A stretch of DNA of 64,000 bases from Protoeuglena noctilucae (taxonomy: Eukaryota). The notes below the pieces were generated by a model. The model saw only the letters and a program-made list of their open reading frames with translations, made no database searches and was not told the origin of the DNA. Where the stretch lies: positions 744,001-808,000 of the forward strand of contig OY253686.1 in the NCBI GenBank assembly GCA_958009085.1, in the 5' to 3' direction. Position numbers and translations under genes: made by a program. This document shows positions 51,459 to 64,000 of the stretch, in pieces. Positions within the stretch are counted from its first letter, which is position 1; the number at the start of each line of letters is the position of its first letter.

Positions 51459-52758
51459 TCAGACGTTGAGCGCGCGGGAAACGAACCGGGGCAGCGGGAG
51501 CGTCTCGTAGCCGAGAATGCGGATGAGAATGGTGTAGAGGACTTGGGTCATGAAGATGTACCAGACCGCTGCGGGCGAGATGGGGAAGAGCGGAGGCCTG
51601 TTTACTGGGACACGGATGAGATGTGAAGAAGACGTGCGCATGAGAACTGAGAAGACCCAACTAAGAAGCATAGACAAATACTCTCAGCTGTCACCTTGGA
51701 TGAACATGACGGCGGCGAAGGCCACGGCGATGGCGGCAGCCCCGGGGGACCCCGTGAACCCCAAGAGGGGACCCACGTGGTCGAGCATCAGGGAAACTGA
51801 GAATGAGGGTGAAATGCAGGAAATGAGGTGTCACCGCCACCGCCACCGCCATCGTCTGAGCCGATACATCGCGCACATCGCCGCATTCACACGCACCGTT
51901 GGTGACGACGAGGTTGAAGAGGTTGTCTTGGAGGACCCAGGACGACACGGACACGTACCCTAGAACCCCCAGTACCTTGGCCACGGCAGCGAGAGGGACG
52001 ACGGCGCGCCAGGGGAGCTTCAGCGCCCAGACCCACCCCAGCGTCGCCCCTGCAGGGGTGGAAGGCGGTCCGAGGGTGGGCCAGGGACGAACAGTCGTGG
52101 AGGACACAAGGAGAGACACGAACGGAGCGTGGAGAGGGCCTTTGGCGATCTCACCCACGAGGCCGTGCATGAACACAAAGACGGAGGCACGGAGGGGGCC
52201 TTGCAAGACGGTCAGCAGCGCCGCGGTGCACAGCACCACGTGAATGCCCGTCCAGCCACCGGAACGCACTGCGAGCAGCCACCGGGCGGCCGTTGCGGGG
52301 CAGTGGGGCGTGCTCGGGAGCTGCGATGCGCCGTCCAAGCACGCCGTGGGTCACCAGAGGCCACCACGGCTGGGAGAGGCAGAAGATAACCCAGGTAACG
52401 ATCGATTCCCACGGTGGAGAACGCCGTATACAGGACGCCGCTGCAGGGGGGGACGGGAAAAGGGAAGGCTGGGTTGGCGGGGGCTAGACAGGGGCGAGCA
52501 AGCACTTCGTTGCCACCCGGGACGCCTCGGCAGAAATCACCTCAATGCTGAGAACATCGCCGTTTCCACCAGCGGCCGCAAGGCCTCCTGCGCGGCGGGA
52601 CTCGCGGGCGTAGGCATCGAGGGGGCCGTGGCCCGCGCTGCCGCTGCAGGTCTCCGCGTTGGAAGTACACGCCCAACGAGACGCGGACGATTGTGAGGCC
52701 CGCGACATGTTGTCCCCGGCCCGCAGCCCGCTTGGCCGAGGCGGGCGACGTCCATCAT
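51459..52758 (-). CDS. DUF2232-like membrane protein
   Basis: LVETAMFSAL, YLLPLPAVVA, LLTVLQGPLRASVFVFMHGL, SSWVLQDNLF; multiple transmembrane helices; 5 GT-AG introns. Confidence 0.75.
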
Positions 52759-53471
52759 CGCATCAACCGCGACTTAAACCCCATCTGCACGGCGCACGAG
52801 CACCTGTCGCGTGCGCTCTTGCAAAGCCGTCCGACTGTAGCGCTATGGCGCGTCCGGGCGGCTTCCAAGTATGCGCGTGTCTGGCACGAGCGAAACGCCA
52901 TCGCACCGACGTTTGTGACCCCACGGCCAGCCGGGCCGCTCTGTGCATGTGCATCTCGTCGTGCTGACTGCCTTGCTCACGCCCGCCTGTCGCGTCCAGA
53001 GCCGCCCGTAAAGCCGCAGGTTGTCACCCAACCTGAGTGGCCCGGCAAGCGTCAGCCGGTGAGTCCGAAGTCTTCCAGTCCACTCCGCTCTTGCATATGG
53101 TCTGGGAGCCCAGGGCTGGGGTCCCAGCGTCGACCCATGGCCGTACGCACCGAGGCTCACATGCTGTCCCTGAAGTGGCGTCGCGGAGGCACCCACGGGC
53201 ACGGGGACGCATCGTGCACCTTGTGTTTACTATCTGAAAAGCGATGCAACGCAATTGAGTTCACTTGTCCGCCGGCGTGTGGCCCCCGGCGCCTAACATG
53301 GCCATGTAAACATCGCGACCGCGCGCCCGCGCCGGCCGTCCCCGCGGACCACGCCCTGCCTCTCCCTTTCTTCATATGATTGAGGTCATCGCGGTGGGAC
53401 CCACGACCTGGCCTGTTTCGCCCGATAGCAGAACTTCTACCCCTGCCGGGACGGGCCATGCCGCCGCAGCC

Positions 53472-55694
53472 ATGACCAAGGACGAGATCACGCTGTCGGA
53501 GATTCGGAGGCGGGAGCGCTTGCAGGCCATTCTGGAGAAGGAGCGCGCCAAGGATGCGATCCAGGCGAGGACTGCTCCAAGCCACGCAAGCCCTGGCAGC
53601 GGGCCCTGTGCCGAGACGACCCGGTCCACCCTTCCGCGCCTCTGAACCGCCGCAGAACAAGGTCAAGTTTGCGCGTGACCCGGCCAAGTTCCGGCACACG
53701 CTCCTGACGGCGTCGCTGAACGGGGGCCTGGAGCCCAAGAGCCAGAAGGAGAAGCAGGCCATGCGCACGTCCCTGGTGGGGCCGCGGAGGGAGAGGAACG
53801 CGCGGGCGGCGGCCTCCGCTGCCGCAGCTGCGGCTGCAGCCGCTCCGACCCGCGGCCGGCGCGGGGAGAGCCAGCGCGCGATGGCGGCCGCGGCAGATGA
53901 GGCCGAGGAGCACCCGGAGCCTTCCTACGCGGCCAAGCTGGCGCTGGCGGCGCGGGACAATCGGGCGTCGTCGGCGTGGGCCGTGATGACGCGGTACGCG
54001 GACGACCTGGCCGCGCAGGAGGACGTGATGCGCCGTGAGATGCGCCGCCGCAACCAGGAGACGCAGCGGCAGACGCTGAACCGGCAGCTGGAGGAGCTGC
54101 GGCTGCGCGAGGAAAAGGAGAAGGAGGAGCTGCGCCGCGAAGCCGAGGTGGGGAGCAATCCGGAATAGGCGGCATGGGTCTGGTGCGTCGTTGCTTTCGT
54201 CTAACCCTGCCCTCATGCCTGCCCTCGCTCGCAGCTGGTGGCCCGCCAAGCCGAGGCGTTCCGTGCTGCGGAAGAGGCGAAGAAGGCGGCGGCGGTGGCG
54301 GCGGGGCGTCGCCTGAAGGAGGAGAGGGACCAGATGATGGAGTCGGTGCAGCGGGCGAAGGAGGCCGAGGCGGCACGCAAGAGGCAGCAGGAGGAGGCTG
54401 AGATCCGGCAGGCGATGCAAGGCGAGGGGTGGTGCGCGAAGGGACGCCGGCCATCGACGCAGCCATGGGCCTGTGTGTGGCGATGGGTTAGAGCCGCACC
54501 CGGTCCGGGTTTTGTGAATGCTACAACCTGTCTTTGCCCACGCAGCGGTGGAGGACGACCGGCAGCGCCGCCACGAGCAGATGCTGGCGCGGCGTGCCGA
54601 GATGGACCTCCTGCGCCAGGCGAACGATGACAACACACGCAGGAAGAAGGAGCTGGAGGCGCAGGCCAAGGCCGACGACGAGGCCAAGATGCGCGAGTAC
54701 CTCAAGGTGACGGCGCAGGGCGCCGGGAGTGTCGGGGAGGCTCTAGCGTGTTGTCCCAGGGCGGGGAGGCGCTCAGGGAGAGCGCAGGGGCGCGTGGGCA
54801 GGTGCCAGCCACGTTACAGAAGCGTGGGTTCAACACCTGTGGCCCACCTGCGGTGTTCCCCTGCGCCACGCAGCTGCTGGAGGAGCAGGAGCGCGAGCGG
54901 GAGGCCAAGCTGCAGGCCTTCTATGACGCCATGGCCCGCCGCGCCAACGCCGCGGGCGCCATGGCGGTGCGCGAGAACCAGGAGCGTGCGGAGCGGGAGG
55001 AGGAGGTGCTGCGGCAGCAGTGGCGGGAGGCGGAGGAGCGTGCGCGGCGGAAGGAGGAGGACGACCGGCGCCGGCAGGCGGCGGTGAATGAGGAGCTGGC
55101 GCGGGTGCGGGCCGAGCAGATCGCCCTCAAGCAGCGGCTGGCCGAGAGGCAGCAGCAGGAGATGAGGAACTTCATGGACACGGTGCGGCAGCACGACGAG
55201 AGCGCCGTGCAGGCCGAGATCGACCAGCAGAGGTGAGGGCTAGGGAAGGGGGCTGTGCGGTTGCAACTCTCGGCCCAGGCTCTCCATGCATGGAGTCGCA
55301 ATGCATCGCTGCCCATCTTGCTGCGACCTGGTTGCGGCCCAATGCGTCCCAATGCCAACACCACGCAGGGCGCGCCGGATGCGTAACTTCAAGTACCGGC
55401 AGATGCTGGAGAGCCAGATCCGGGAGCGTGAGGAGAGGCAGGTGTTGGAGCCGGCAGTGATGACGGTGCAGGTATGGGCACGGAGGCCGGTGCTGGTTGA
55501 TGGGGAATGCACCACACGGTGGGGTCACTCCACGACCCTGCCATTCTTGCCCGCGCTCGCAGGAGGCCAAGCTGAACGAGCCCATCCTGGTGAGCGCCAC
55601 GCGGCACCTGGGCCCCGAGCACCTCAAGCCCGACACCGTCACGGGGCGCCCCGACGTGCGCTACATGACCATCGGGCGATTCGCGCCCACCTAG
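53472..55694 (+). CDS. Glu/Arg-rich coiled-coil protein (trichohyalin/TPH-like, possibly flagellar)
   Basis: Continuous charged helical sequence over 7 exons; GC donors at 53565 and 54422; family assignment is inference. Confidence 0.65.
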
Positions 55695-55954
55695 GGGGTC
55701 TAGATGGGCTGACCGGCGCTGGCTGCCGTTGCTAAACCAGTCCTGCTTCAACGATCACCCCGAAGCTGCTCACGCGTGTTAGTGTGGGTGCCTCCCTGCT
55801 CAGCTGCATGTACCCTGCGCTGTCTGCCCTCTGCCAGCGTGTGTTGCCCGCTGCGCCTGTCATCTGCTGGATCTGCGACTGCTCTGTCGACGACGCTGCT
55901 CTCAAAATGGACGTACAAGCGAGTGCACCCCTGCCCTCCATGCAAGCGTGTGCA

Positions 55955-57091
55955 TTACGCCGAGGTGCGGGTGAGCTCCACCAGGCCAACGCCGGCGCCC
56001 GCAGCCAGGAAAAGGTAGCAGAAGACGCGCATGATGGTGCCGCACCGCGCCGCGGACATGGCCAGGGCCTGTGGGGAGCCGCAGAGCCATATGACGGTTG
56101 TGTCCACCCTCAGTCGCAGCCGGCTGTCATCCGTGCCTCGTAATCGCCGCATTTCAACCACTCCGACCCCCCCGCGTCTCACCTCGGGCCCCTTGGAGCT
56201 GATGTAGTAGTGGCCGCCCTGCCCGCGGTCCATGCACACCCCCAGGGGGCAGCCGTGGGGCCGGGCCTCGCCAATGACGTACACGCGGGTGTTGACGGGG
56301 ACCACGCGGACGGTCACGTGCATGCCCTCCACGCGGTCGTCGCGCTCCAAGAAGGAAAAGGTCGCGCCACGGGGCACGGGGACTGGGGGCAGAGGGATTG
56401 AACTGGGTTCGTGCGATCCCCACCAGGCACCGCGCGCATGCCAGCTCGCGCAGTCCGGGCTTCCACTCACAAAGTCGGTCCTCCACGGTCTTCCAGGGGA
56501 GCTCGGAGGCGCGCTCCGGGTTGAGGAGGGGCACGCTCGCACGGTCGGCCCCCGGCGTGCTGGGGAGCATGAGAAGGTCGGTGGGGGCGGCGTGGACCTC
56601 GTCCTTCACCGTGTACGTCTTGGACTCCCACTCGATCTTGCCGTCCGTCTTTACCTGCAAGCGAGGCGCAGAGATCGTCGCGCAAGGTCGCGTAACCTAC
56701 CCTCGTACCTACTCGTCCGGCCCCTCACCGCCCGGCGCTTGTACTTCGCCTCCTCCTTGACCGCGTGGAGGACTGCCTCCTCCGCACCCCGACGGGTCTG
56801 GCTCTCCACGAGCAAGGGGTTGCGGGTCGAGAGGTCGCCCTCAATGCAGACCGGCTGGCCCACGTTCGCAGCCAGCTCCTTGCCGGTCGCCACGCGCCGC
56901 ACGCGGAGAAGCCACGACGCAGACTTCTCGCTGCTGGAGGCGATCCAGAAGAACAGCAGACCCTGGCACGGCATCGGAGGTCAACGCGTCAACAGTGACA
57001 TGGGGGGCCCTGACCGCGCGAATAGCACGCAGAAGGAGATTTCTCGTCTCACCAACAAGAGAAGGATCAACCCAAAGACCGGGAAGTTCAT
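55955..57091 (-). CDS. GIDE-like (MUL1/SP1 intermembrane domain) membrane protein with no RING
   Basis: N-terminal TM, VCIEG...PL, VRVVPVNTRVYVIGEA, HYYISSKGPE and a C-terminal TM; ends at VELTRTSA* with no Cys/His RING. Confidence 0.6.
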
Positions 57092-57466
57092 GGTGGCTCC
57101 AATTGCCTGCGGGCAGCGGCGGGGCGGACGTGGCGCCAGGTCCAGGACAGAGGAGAACGCCTCTTGACCTTGCCGCCCACCCGTTGGTTTTTTAAATGCA
57201 AAATGTAGCCACAGCGCAGAGCATGGGGCGGCATCGGCCCGTGATCGCGAGCATCGCGCGCACACCCACCTGATCAAGATCGCTGGCGATCGATGGCCCG
57301 ATGGTGTCTGTCAGCTCGATGGGACAGCAACGAGTCGATGATGCGAATTCACCCCGCTATTTTGCTGCCAGAGGCCCTGACAGGCCCTGTCAGATGTAAG
57401 GGCAATGGTCCCAGAAACCGGCAATATTGCAAGACATCAGAGCCACCAGCTGCAGCCGGCATGGCC

Positions 57467-58409
57467 CTACTGCCGCCGGAACACCGCCATGTACTCCTTG
57501 CCGCCCCGCCCCGGGTGGCTGAGGCTCTCCGGCACGGGGTCGATGCTGACCGTCTCGAATCCCGCCCCGTGCAGCACCCTCTGGTAGTCGTCGGGGTGCA
57601 CACGGAATGGCGGCCCGCCTTCCTTGGTGGGATCGACGGGGAAGCACAGCGTCACCAGCAGGCCGCCCTTGCGGAGGAGGCCGGCCCAACGACGCCCCCA
57701 CTCCTCCCGCATGTCGGGCCTGCAAAGGGCAGGCACACATCGACGGATGCCCACCGGTGGTCCTGTTCAGCGCAGGAAGCGTACATTCAGACAGCAGTGG
57801 TTGAGGCAGGAGGCATCCATCCAAGCAGCTGTGCTCTTTACCGGATGGCGCAGAAGAAGGTGTAGTCGTAGCCGAGATCAAACGCACCCAGCTGGGGCTG
57901 GTCTTGGAAGAAGTCACACTCGACGACCCGCGCCACCGCCCGCTGCTCCGGACTGAGACCCACCGCGTCGCTGCGAGCGGGTGGCCGCGGCATCATGCGT
58001 GAGGCTCGCCCATCGTACAGCCACCGCCGCCTCGATAGCGCCGCGCTCACATGTACGCCGTGGCGTCCTGTACGGCCGTCTTGCTGATCTCCAGGCCCAC
58101 AGCCTCCGCAGCCCCCCGCCTGCTGAACTCGACCAGGTCATAACCTCTGCCGCACCCCGGCACCAGGACACGTGTTCCAGCAACCTCGACCGCGCCCGAG
58201 TCGAGCAGGCTCACGAGTGCCGGCGAGCTGCGTGGTGACCAGGCGCGGTACGTGTGACGCCCTCGATGGCAGCCATGCCGGCACATCAACTCGGGACGCA
58301 TCGCTCACCTTCTAGAAGCATCGAACATGGCCCCTTGTGGGAGGCCCTTGGACCAGAAGCCCTCCCATTTCGTGTGGTACTCGTCCCACGTCTCGCTCGA
58401 GGCAGGCAT
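57467..58409 (-). CDS. Thiol/halide S-methyltransferase (HOL/TPMT family)
   Basis: RVLVPGCGRGYD SAM-binding motif, GLEIS, DFF, FDLGYDYTFFCAI, GLLVTLCFP, GGPPF; 3 GT-AG introns. Confidence 0.92.
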
Positions 58410-58449
58410 GACGCCGCCGGCGTCCCTGGCGATGACACTCCGTCTGCGG

Positions 58450-58457
58450 TTTATAAA
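58450..58457 (-). promoter_or_regulatory. TATA-like element upstream of the HOL-type methyltransferase
   Basis: Palindromic TTTATAAA about 40 nt upstream of the ATG at 58409, rare in this GC-rich background. Confidence 0.4.
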
Positions 58458-59046
58458 GGAGATGATTTTGTCATCGAGGACATCTCCATGGCGGCGTGTA
58501 TCGATGCTGAACGTGGATTACACCATCGTTCACGGCGCATCTGATGATGGCCGAGTCCCGCGCACCTGGGCACGAATTTGCACACGGGGAGCAATAACGG
58601 AGTGCGGGGGATACAAAGCGCCAACGCAGCCACGGAAAGGATGTGCGGCATACGATTTGCGGAGCTGGAAGCGTGCAGAGGATAGCAACCCTGAGCAACC
58701 CTCGAGGAGCCCCAATCTGCGATGCACCTACAGCCACTCGCTTTGCCAATGATACAATGTTTGGCAATCGCCGCAGTCACACTCGCAGATGTGGCAATCG
58801 AGGCCGCCTGACGGCAAGCCGTGCGCCAGATGCTGACCTAGCGAGTAGATGTTTCTAGATGGCCGTCCGGGATCCCATGGACGTATTGCTGGCCTCCTGC
58901 AGTGTATCGCTTGCCACAGCAACGGCAGCAGACCTGCAAACATTTCTATGTAACCAGGCAGAGTTCCCCCCGCCCCTTTCACCTCTCTCCGCACCTGTAT
59001 CCTCCCACAGATCTTTTCTCGCGAGTCACTTGAGGCACTGCCGCGG

Positions 59047-59988
59047 ATGGGGGACTCTCCGCGCAACGATACGGGCGGGGGAGCAGCCCCAGTGGCGTCC
59101 ACCCAGGGGGAGAGCGAGGAGGAGAAGTTACGCAAGGTGCGGGCCTGAAATTATGTTGGTATGACACGTATGCGCGCGCGCACGGCCCGACGCTGCTTTG
59201 GGATCACGCGCGCGGCGAGGGAGCGCGTCGTTCGTCTGCGTGCGCACGAAGTGCTCGTCCGTGCGCTCGCTGGTCGTGCGCAGCTGGCCGAGTTCGAGGC
59301 TAAGCTCAAGTACATCTCGGAGAATGTCGTGCACGACGCCAGCAACGTGGTCTTCGGCTCCGCGGCCGGCGCGGGGTCCTCAACGTATCACATCTACCGG
59401 CGCTCGCGGCGCAACGAGGAGGACCGCTGGCGACGCGTAGGTGTGGCTGTGTGACTGCTCACCGCCATTTTTGCTATCAGGCAATTCCAATGGCAGCATC
59501 GGAGGGGCCCGAGCACCGCAATGGGGCGTCGCGGCACTTCGGGGTGACGCTGAGCCCGCCGCGGTGCCCCGCAGAGGCGATGGATAAGGAGAAGAAAGCG
59601 GAGGAGGAGTATCAGCGTAAGCGCAAGGCCTTGGAGGAGATGGACAAGGAGCGGCTCGAGCGCAACCGTGCCAAGGTGCGGGCGCCGACACGCTTCTCCA
59701 AGCCACCCCTGCGGCGCGCGGCTGGCGCAAACGCCGCGCGGCCATTTCGTGGATACTGACTCATAACCATCACCTGTTCCTTTCCCTCCCCAGAGGGCCA
59801 AGAAGAAGCAAAAGCGCAAGGGGAAGGGGGCGGGTACGGGGGGTGATAAAAACGATGCTGGGGAAGGGCAGGGGCGGGGCACGTCGGAGCAGGAGGCAGG
59901 GGCCCCTTCTGGGGGAGGGGCAGGGCCGGTTGGGAGCGACGATGGGGGCAGCTCAGAGGCAGAGCCGGACGTGCCTGATCTCGACTGA
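59047..59988 (+). CDS. PRKRIP1: PRKR-interacting protein 1 homolog (DUF1168, spliceosome-associated)
   Basis: NVVFGSAAGAGSSTYHIYRRSRRNEEDR motif followed by a charged coil and RAKKKQKRK; 4 exons. Confidence 0.85.
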
Positions 59989-60196
59989 AGTGCCGCTCAT
60001 CGCTTGTTGTCGCTCGTACTTTGGCATCACGCTATGCGAGGTGCAGCCTGTCGCAAAGCCGTCCCGGCCTTGCATTTCGATCAATTATGCCTTCATCCTT
60101 CATCAACCAGAAGCGCAGCAGTGGCTGCTGAGGATACCAATAAAACCATGCTGCTAAGCTGTGATATCCCGCCCCAAACCACATCGCCCGCTCTCC

Positions 60197-63100
60197 CTAC
60201 GCCTCGTCTTCCCTCCCCATCGCCGCCAGCCCCTCGCCGCTGCCCGCCGCCTCCCGGTCTGACGCCAGAAACAGCTGCCTCCGCACCAGCCGGTCCAACT
60301 CCGCACTTAGCGTGTCCAGGCCGATACCATCCGACCCTGCGCCCTCCGCGTCGCCCCCGGGAGTCAACGAGTCGCTCTGCGCCCTCCCCACGCCCTGGCT
60401 TTCTCGCCCCGTCGCTGGCGTGTCTGGGTCACACCCCTCAACACCATACCCAGCGCCCATCGGCACACGGCCATCCGCCGCCACAAGAGCACCGCTCTGC
60501 CCCTGCGACGGCACTCTCACCGTCAGCGCCGGGAACGCAGCCACGTCCGCACCCCTCGCCTCCCCTGGGCCGACAGCCGCCCCATCAAAGCTCGTTGTGC
60601 CACCGTCGCCATCCAGCGGGGCCGTGGCTGTCACCGCGGGAGAGTCTCGCAATTCCGAAAGGCCACCCTGCGAGTCCCTCAGCCCTTCAGTTCCAGCGCC
60701 CATCGACGACGCGCCTTCCGCCCCAACGGCCGTCCCCCGGGCATCCAAACTCCTCGGCCGGTCCCCGCGGCGCTCTCTGCTTGGAACCCGCACTGCGTCA
60801 TCCTCGTCATCGTCGTCTGCGGTTCACAGGATGACGAGTTTTGTCCAATACCACATGCTCGACCCAAATGATGCACCCCAACTGGTGACCCTGCTATGCT
60901 CTCTGAGCACCTCCCCAGGCCTGAAATGACTCATATCTAATAACCACCATTGCATGCCTCCCCACGCACCTGGGTTCGCTGCCCGCCTGGGCGTCACAGC
61001 CGACAGCACCCGCCTCCACACGCGCGAGGGGGTGGACATCAGCCACGATGCTGTGGATCCACCGGGGCTCATCCCCGCTTCCGGCGGCGTCTCGTCTCCT
61101 TTGACGACGCCCGGCGATGCCCCTGCTCGCACCTCTGCTCGCACCCCAGCCCCGCCGTCCACGCTGCCCAAAGCGGACCCGGCACTCCCAGCACTCTCTG
61201 CGCTGTGCGTCTCGGCAAGCACCGCGCCACGGGGGGTGTCGAGGCCGACAGCCTCGCCATCCACAGCAGTGGGGGACTCGCTTGTCGCCATTGGGCCACG
61301 CGTGGCTTGCAGGTTTATCATGGGCGCGGTCGTCAGTGCAGGCGCGGGCTGCCCTGGGGGGGCCTCTGCAAGCGCAAGGAGATGAGCGCAATGACACATC
61401 CAATCGCTGTCAGCATCCATTGGTACTAAGCCACAGCACAGTCAACCAAGCACACTGCTGCCACCCGTGGCCCTCTCGCCTTGCATCGTTGCGCCAACCT
61501 CTGCAGCCGCAAGTCCCGTCGACCCATCCGCCCCTCTCCTCGACCCATCCCTCGCGCCCTGACCGTCAACCCCACGCACCACACCCCCCACGCCCTTGCC
61601 GGGTCCCCTCACCCCCGCAAACCTCGCAGCGAAGGGCGGGCTCTCCAATTCACCATACTCCGACTCCGCCCCTTCTGCTGCCCCTTCCCCATCCACGGTG
61701 GTGGTCCCACCCCGTGTCTCCGCCGCCCACATCCCCGCCGCATGGCTGTGGTCCCCATTCGCAAATGGAACGCCCAGCGAGGGCGACGGGGACGACAGGG
61801 GCGTTAGCAGCGACTGACCCAGCCCCAGCACCTCCCCACCGCCAAGCGCGGGCGGCACCACCACCCCGCCCTCGTGCCGCAGCTCATCGCCGTCTCCAAG
61901 CACCCAAGACGGCTCCGCCGGCGATGTGGATGACATGAGACCGGAGTTGGGTTTGCTGGCATCCCCAGGGTTCATGTCAAGCAGGATCGCCATGCTCGCA
62001 TCCCCATGTCTGGGTGTGAAAGTCACTTCGTGGCCATCTTTGTGTGATACGACGTCGGGCGCCTCTCGACTGTCACCTTTCTGCACCCCACGGGGGGGCA
62101 ACAACTGCATGCCCTGCTTCGTAGGACCCATTGCAGTGACATCGCCTTTGGTGCTTGGGTTCCGAGTCATTGATGGTAGCTTCGAGGGAACGCGGTCCTC
62201 CCCTGGCGGGCTGCCTGCACCGACACGCATGCCCTGCCCCGCCCCCTGCCCCACCCCTTGCCCCATCGCCACCCCCATCCCCTGCCCCGCGCGTTGAGGT
62301 GCGGGGAGCGTCACCACGCGCCCCCCTCCCGCCTCCTCAGCCCTCGCCGTCGAATCATCGACCCCCACCACCGCCCCATCCCTCGCCGCCACCGCCGCCA
62401 CACCCCCACCGCGCACAAACACCGCCAGGCTACGGGGGCCTTTTGCGAGGACATGCGGCTCGTCCACATGCACAACCGCGCACCCGTCCGCCACCGCCAC
62501 CGCCCGCGCGCCGCCCCCGCCCCTCGCATCCATCGCCACGCCACCGATCGACTGCGACAGACGGCACCGCCACAGCGCCACGCGCCCACCACCCCCCACG
62601 CGCACGACCGCGCCCCCGCACTCCCCGACCCCCACTTCCCGCAGCACCGCCACCGACGCCACCGCAACAGCGGCCTCTCCAGGCCCACCCTCGTGCCCCG
62701 CCACCACCGCTGCCATCCCCGTCCTCGCGCTGCTGACAAGGCTGTCCGTCCGCCGCAGCATCCACGCCCCGAAAGGGGCCCGCGCGCCGCCCTCCGCGTC
62801 CCCTGTTGCAGACTGCGACCCCTCAGTTGCCACCGCAGTGGTCGCCGCCACACCCCCCGCCCCTGCTAACTCTTCCTCGGCACCCACCCACACGCCGTCG
62901 CCGCGCCGTACCCCCGCCACAGATCCCCGCACCATCAGCGCCGTGGCTCCCCGGCACACCCGCACCCCCGGCCCCTGCGCCACCCGCGCCACCCCCACCT
63001 CCCGCAGCAGCGCCGCCACTCCCGCCAGCACCACCCCGCCCCCGCACCCCGCCACCGTCGTCCGGCTGACCTCCGCCGCGACCCCCGCGGCCTCTCCCCG

Positions 63101-64000
63101 CGCCCGGGATCCCTCCGCCGCCGCCCTGGCCAGCCCCGGCTCATGCGCCAGAAACACCGGGCCCGCGTCAGAAACCGCGGCCAGGGCCTCGACGTCGGAC
63201 GCAGCCACAGGGCCATCAACTGACATAAGCCCAGAGGCCGTCGCCAGGGCTGCGGAGCTTAGCCCGGGTCCCTGGATGAGCAGGGCGTGGGCCGGGATGG
63301 CAAGCAGGGAGCAGCCGGTCATGACCAGAGACGCGCCTGCCCCAGTAATGGACACCCCTGCAACTGTCGCCGGCGCCGGGGTGCCCGCCCGCTCGTCCCA
63401 GGCGCCCTGCACGCGAGTGTCAGTCATTTCCAAGGAAGCGCAATCGACGCTGACACAGGCGCGCGGGGTGGCGTCGGTGGTGTGGGTCGCGAGGCATTCC
63501 AACAAAGACGTGGCGATGGAGAGGCGGGCGCCGTCCGTTGCGCGCCCCGCCTCCGCGCATCCCTCCACGGAGCAAACGGAGAGGGAAGCGGAGGCGCCAG
63601 GCCCGTGCACCTGCACGCCCACGCACGACGCGCTCCCACTGCCGTCCGCCCGCCCCGACAGCGCGCAGTCGCTGAGCGTTGCCGCAGCGCCGGGACCCAC
63701 CGCCACGCAGCGGGCGTTCGCGGGTCCCGCGCCCACCCGGCATCCCTGCAGGGCCACGGCTGCCCCCGCCCCTGCCACCCAGACCCCGATTGCGGCACCG
63801 TCCACCGTGCACTCGGACAGGGTGGCCCCCGCCCACGCCGCCAGCTCCTCCGCTAACGCCGCGGCGCTTTTCTCGCCGGGCGACGATCCCTGGGACCCCG
63901 GGGAAGCTGTCTTAGCACGGGGATGGCGCACGGCACCGACACCGGCACTCCCCGCCCCATCCGCTGCTGTTGAGACGCCGTCGCGACCCAAACCTGGCTT
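60197..64000 (-). CDS. Right-handed beta-helix (pectin-lyase-like) repeat protein, 3' part
   Basis: Repeats such as ATLSECTVDG, ALQGCRVG, ATLSDCALSG, ASLSVCSVEGC and LVMTGCSL in an exon of about 2.5 kb; low-complexity tail; gene continues beyond the window. Confidence 0.65.

Noticed and set aside
58460..58546. Possible C/D snoRNA (ATGAT...CTGA)
   Set aside because: Poor C box, no terminal stem and no rRNA-complementary guide that I can identify.

Overview
Gene-dense, very GC-rich eukaryotic nuclear DNA with many short spliceosomal introns (mostly about 80-230 nt). It is almost certainly a chlorophyte green alga: it encodes a plastid FabG, PTOX, DUF3593, an MscS-like channel and a chlorophyte-type AP2 factor. 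The lineage is inferred, not determined. I manually reconstructed about 26 protein genes: SWC4/DMAP1 (3' part), DAP3/mS29, FabG, PAP2 phosphatase, a GT-A-like orphan, an AP2 TF, an orphan, an atypical SDR, a GATA TF, a small secreted Cys-rich protein, a plastid orphan, an F-box/LRR protein, tomosyn/Lgl, an archaeal-type iPGAM, MSL, kinesin-12, CysQ, PTOX, DUF3593, DUF2232, a coiled-coil protein, a GIDE-like protein, a HOL-type methyltransferase, PRKRIP1 and a partial beta-helix protein. I found no supported rRNA, tRNA, CRISPR array or transposon. The strongest unusual signal is splicing: about 25 of about 140 hand-inferred introns appear to need a non-canonical GC 5' splice site (consensus AG|GCGAG). 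They cluster by gene (5 of 8 in iPGAM, 4 of 9 in the adjacent MSL gene, none in PTOX, FabG or the SDR). Other notable points are convergent stop codons only 5 nt apart and a candidate bicistronic locus. All gene models are manual and lack transcript support.
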